A DNA stretch of 64,000 nt from an uncultured Spirochaetia bacterium. GTDB taxonomy: Bacteria; Desulfobacterota_D; UBA1144; Nemesobacterales; JADFKM01. The DNA is taken from positions 29 to 64,028 of the forward strand of contig CAZXEJ010000006.1 of NCBI GenBank assembly GCA_964639895.1. The letters run 5' to 3'. Each line of letters starts with the position of its first letter. Position 1 is the first letter of the stretch. The position numbers and the translations under genes are program-made. The notes beneath the pieces were generated by a model. It ran no database searches. It had not been told where the DNA came from and worked only from the letters and a program-made list of their open reading frames with translations. Shown here piece after piece: positions 62,409-64,000 of the stretch.

Positions 62409-63240
62409 GCGAGGGACGTGCCAAGAGACGGCCGGTCCGATTCGCCGCCACATGACGGGTGTGCCCCTGCTCGTGGTATATCCGGGGAGGGAGTCGATGG
62501 TACCCCCGTATCTGGGGAGCGGGCTAAGGTCAAACGTACATCTCCTTGTATCCATCCGGCCGACCCTCATGCCCGTCCCCGTGTTTGCGGCCAGCCGCCC
62601 ACGAGACGCCGCCGGCCCTGTCGTTGAGGGGTGGGGGGAAGTTTGAAACCTCGCGGAGTTATTGTGCTACCTGGAGGTTTACGTGCGGCCCTACGGTGGT
62701 CTGTGGTCCCCTCCACCTTGAACACCAAACTAGTACGGTGCCGTGGCAGATTGATAGTCCGTCCCTTCGGTGTCGCTGTACAGGTGGGAGGACCGCGAGT
62801 ATTCCACCACCAATGAGGAGGTGATGGGACTCTGAGCGTTGTCCGGCCCCCCATCGGCTAGCGGTGTTCGAGACGGCCGTCGTTGTCAGGGGGGGCCGAT
62901 GCACCGGGTGGCTGCAGGCGAGGGAAGCGCTCCTCTGCGGGTTATCGATGCGCCGAATAGGGAGGCCCGCCGGATGCCACCCGGATTGGCGCTTTCCATA
63001 GGTATCGGGGTGCCACCGCTGCCCTCAGCGCTCTTCCGATGGGACGCGTTGTCCCATTGCTTACCCTGGGTTCCGGCTCCGGCACTGGGGCCGCTACTCT
63101 TGCGCCCGTCCGAAGCGGGGAGAGTATCCCCGGAGAGGGTGGATCAATCGATCCTGTTCCTTCCGGCTGCGGGGACGGACGAGGTGCGGGGGAGTGTCGC
63201 CGGACGTGATAGCGAGGGTCGGCCCGGTAGCGCGGGGTAA

Positions 63241-63666
63241 CTATCTGGTGTTTTCCGCCGGTAGGAGCCTGTTCCTCAGTTCCGCTCCTTCAATCAGGTT
63301 TCCGCTTCTCCTGTATATGCCTCCAACGGCCACCGTCTCCCCCTCCCGCACGGATACGGCACCTGGAAACACCACGGTGACGTGGTTTCCCATGGGATCG
63401 GTCAGGAAAAAGCGCGTTACCGTCTCGCCCGTCTTATCGTCCCTTGCGGCTGTTACGTGGTGGACGGCGCCCACAACCGCTACACGGGCCCCGTCGAAGG
63501 CGAGTGGAGAGAGGAGAATCTTGCTCACCGACACCTGAATACCGGACATCGGGGGATAAGAGGTGGGTGAGTGGGTGTTCGGGCCGGCGCAGCCCATGAC
63601 GAGCAGGAGGGCGGCGACCAAGGCGGCGACCCCGCTGGAGGAGGGGACAAGCGACCGTGGCTTCAT
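63241..63666 (-). CDS. Putative lipoprotein with OB-fold-like domain
   Basis: Lipobox VMGC; beta-rich V.V.G.V...F.L.D..G..VTV......EGETVAVGG pattern. Confidence 0.6.
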   Translation of the reverse strand: MKPRSLVPSSSGVAALVAALLLVMGCAGPNTHSPTSYPPMSGIQVSVSKILLSPLAFDGARVAVVGAVHHVTAARDDKTGETVTRFFLTDPMGNHVTVVFPGAVSVREGETVAVGGIYRRSGNLIEGAELRNRLLPAENTR

Positions 63667-63867
63667 CCGTCGGAGAATCGGTGCCGAACGTGATTGTAAG
63701 GGTGGTACCGGCATCTCTTACAGTCCCCATGGGGGGCGATCCGGGTTGGAAAACGGCGCAACCGGCTGTTAGACTAAGTATAACACTTTGGACACGGTCG
63801 CATCTTTCCCATATCAATAGTTCTGAATAAGCACCTTACCTATTCTCGTCTCTTGAGGAAGACCGCC

Positions 63868-64000
63868 ATGAGCACTATCAATGCACGCAGTTCCTATGCA
63901 GACGGTGTAGAGGTACGCGAGCAAGGCTGGTACACGATTGCACGATTTATAGCCTCCGAGAGCGACAGCAACTACCAGTACATTCTATGGTGCAACGATA
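63868..64000 (+). CDS. 5' part of a hypothetical gene (truncated by the window end)
   Basis: GAGGA RBS then ATG; open frame MSTINARSSYADGVEVREQGWYTIARF... to the window edge. Confidence 0.5.
   Translation, partial: MSTINARSSYADGVEVREQGWYTIARFIASESDSNYQYILWCND

Overview
Bacterial chromosomal window, GC-rich (roughly mid-60s % by eye). Protein sequences suggest a Desulfobacterota-like (possibly Dadabacteria-like), perhaps thermophilic organism; this is tentative. Positions 1-14.4 kb hold a conserved core cluster: tRNA-Trp, secE, nusG, rplK, rplA, rplJ, rplL, rpoB, rpoC, followed directly by valS. The remaining ~50 kb is a mosaic of housekeeping and accessory genes: purL-purF, an HpnR-like B12 radical SAM enzyme, mnmA-mtaB-metallophosphoesterase, an AAA+/VWA pair, ccmG/ccmH-like genes, an eIF-2B-like gene facing a stand-alone CinA-N (COG1058) gene, a His-rich secreted protein, an APC-EIIA-RCK transporter fusion, a CDF exporter, sppA, nfo, two Rieske ferredoxins plus an O-methyltransferase, a PurN-like protein lacking its catalytic residues, cdsA, YihY, ggt, an M23 peptidase, rlmB, a MOSC protein, IorAB-like oxidoreductase, nfi and dcd. 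Eleven spacers over 600 bp (~10 kb in total) interrupt these genes; two appear to contain decayed mobile-element fragments (IS110-like, tyrosine-integrase-like). I found no CRISPR array, rRNA, or intact mobile element. The best candidates for undescribed biology are the eIF-2B-like/COG1058 pair, the PurN pseudo-enzyme, and the orphan HpnR-like enzyme. All functional proposals for these are inferences from motif reading without database searches.
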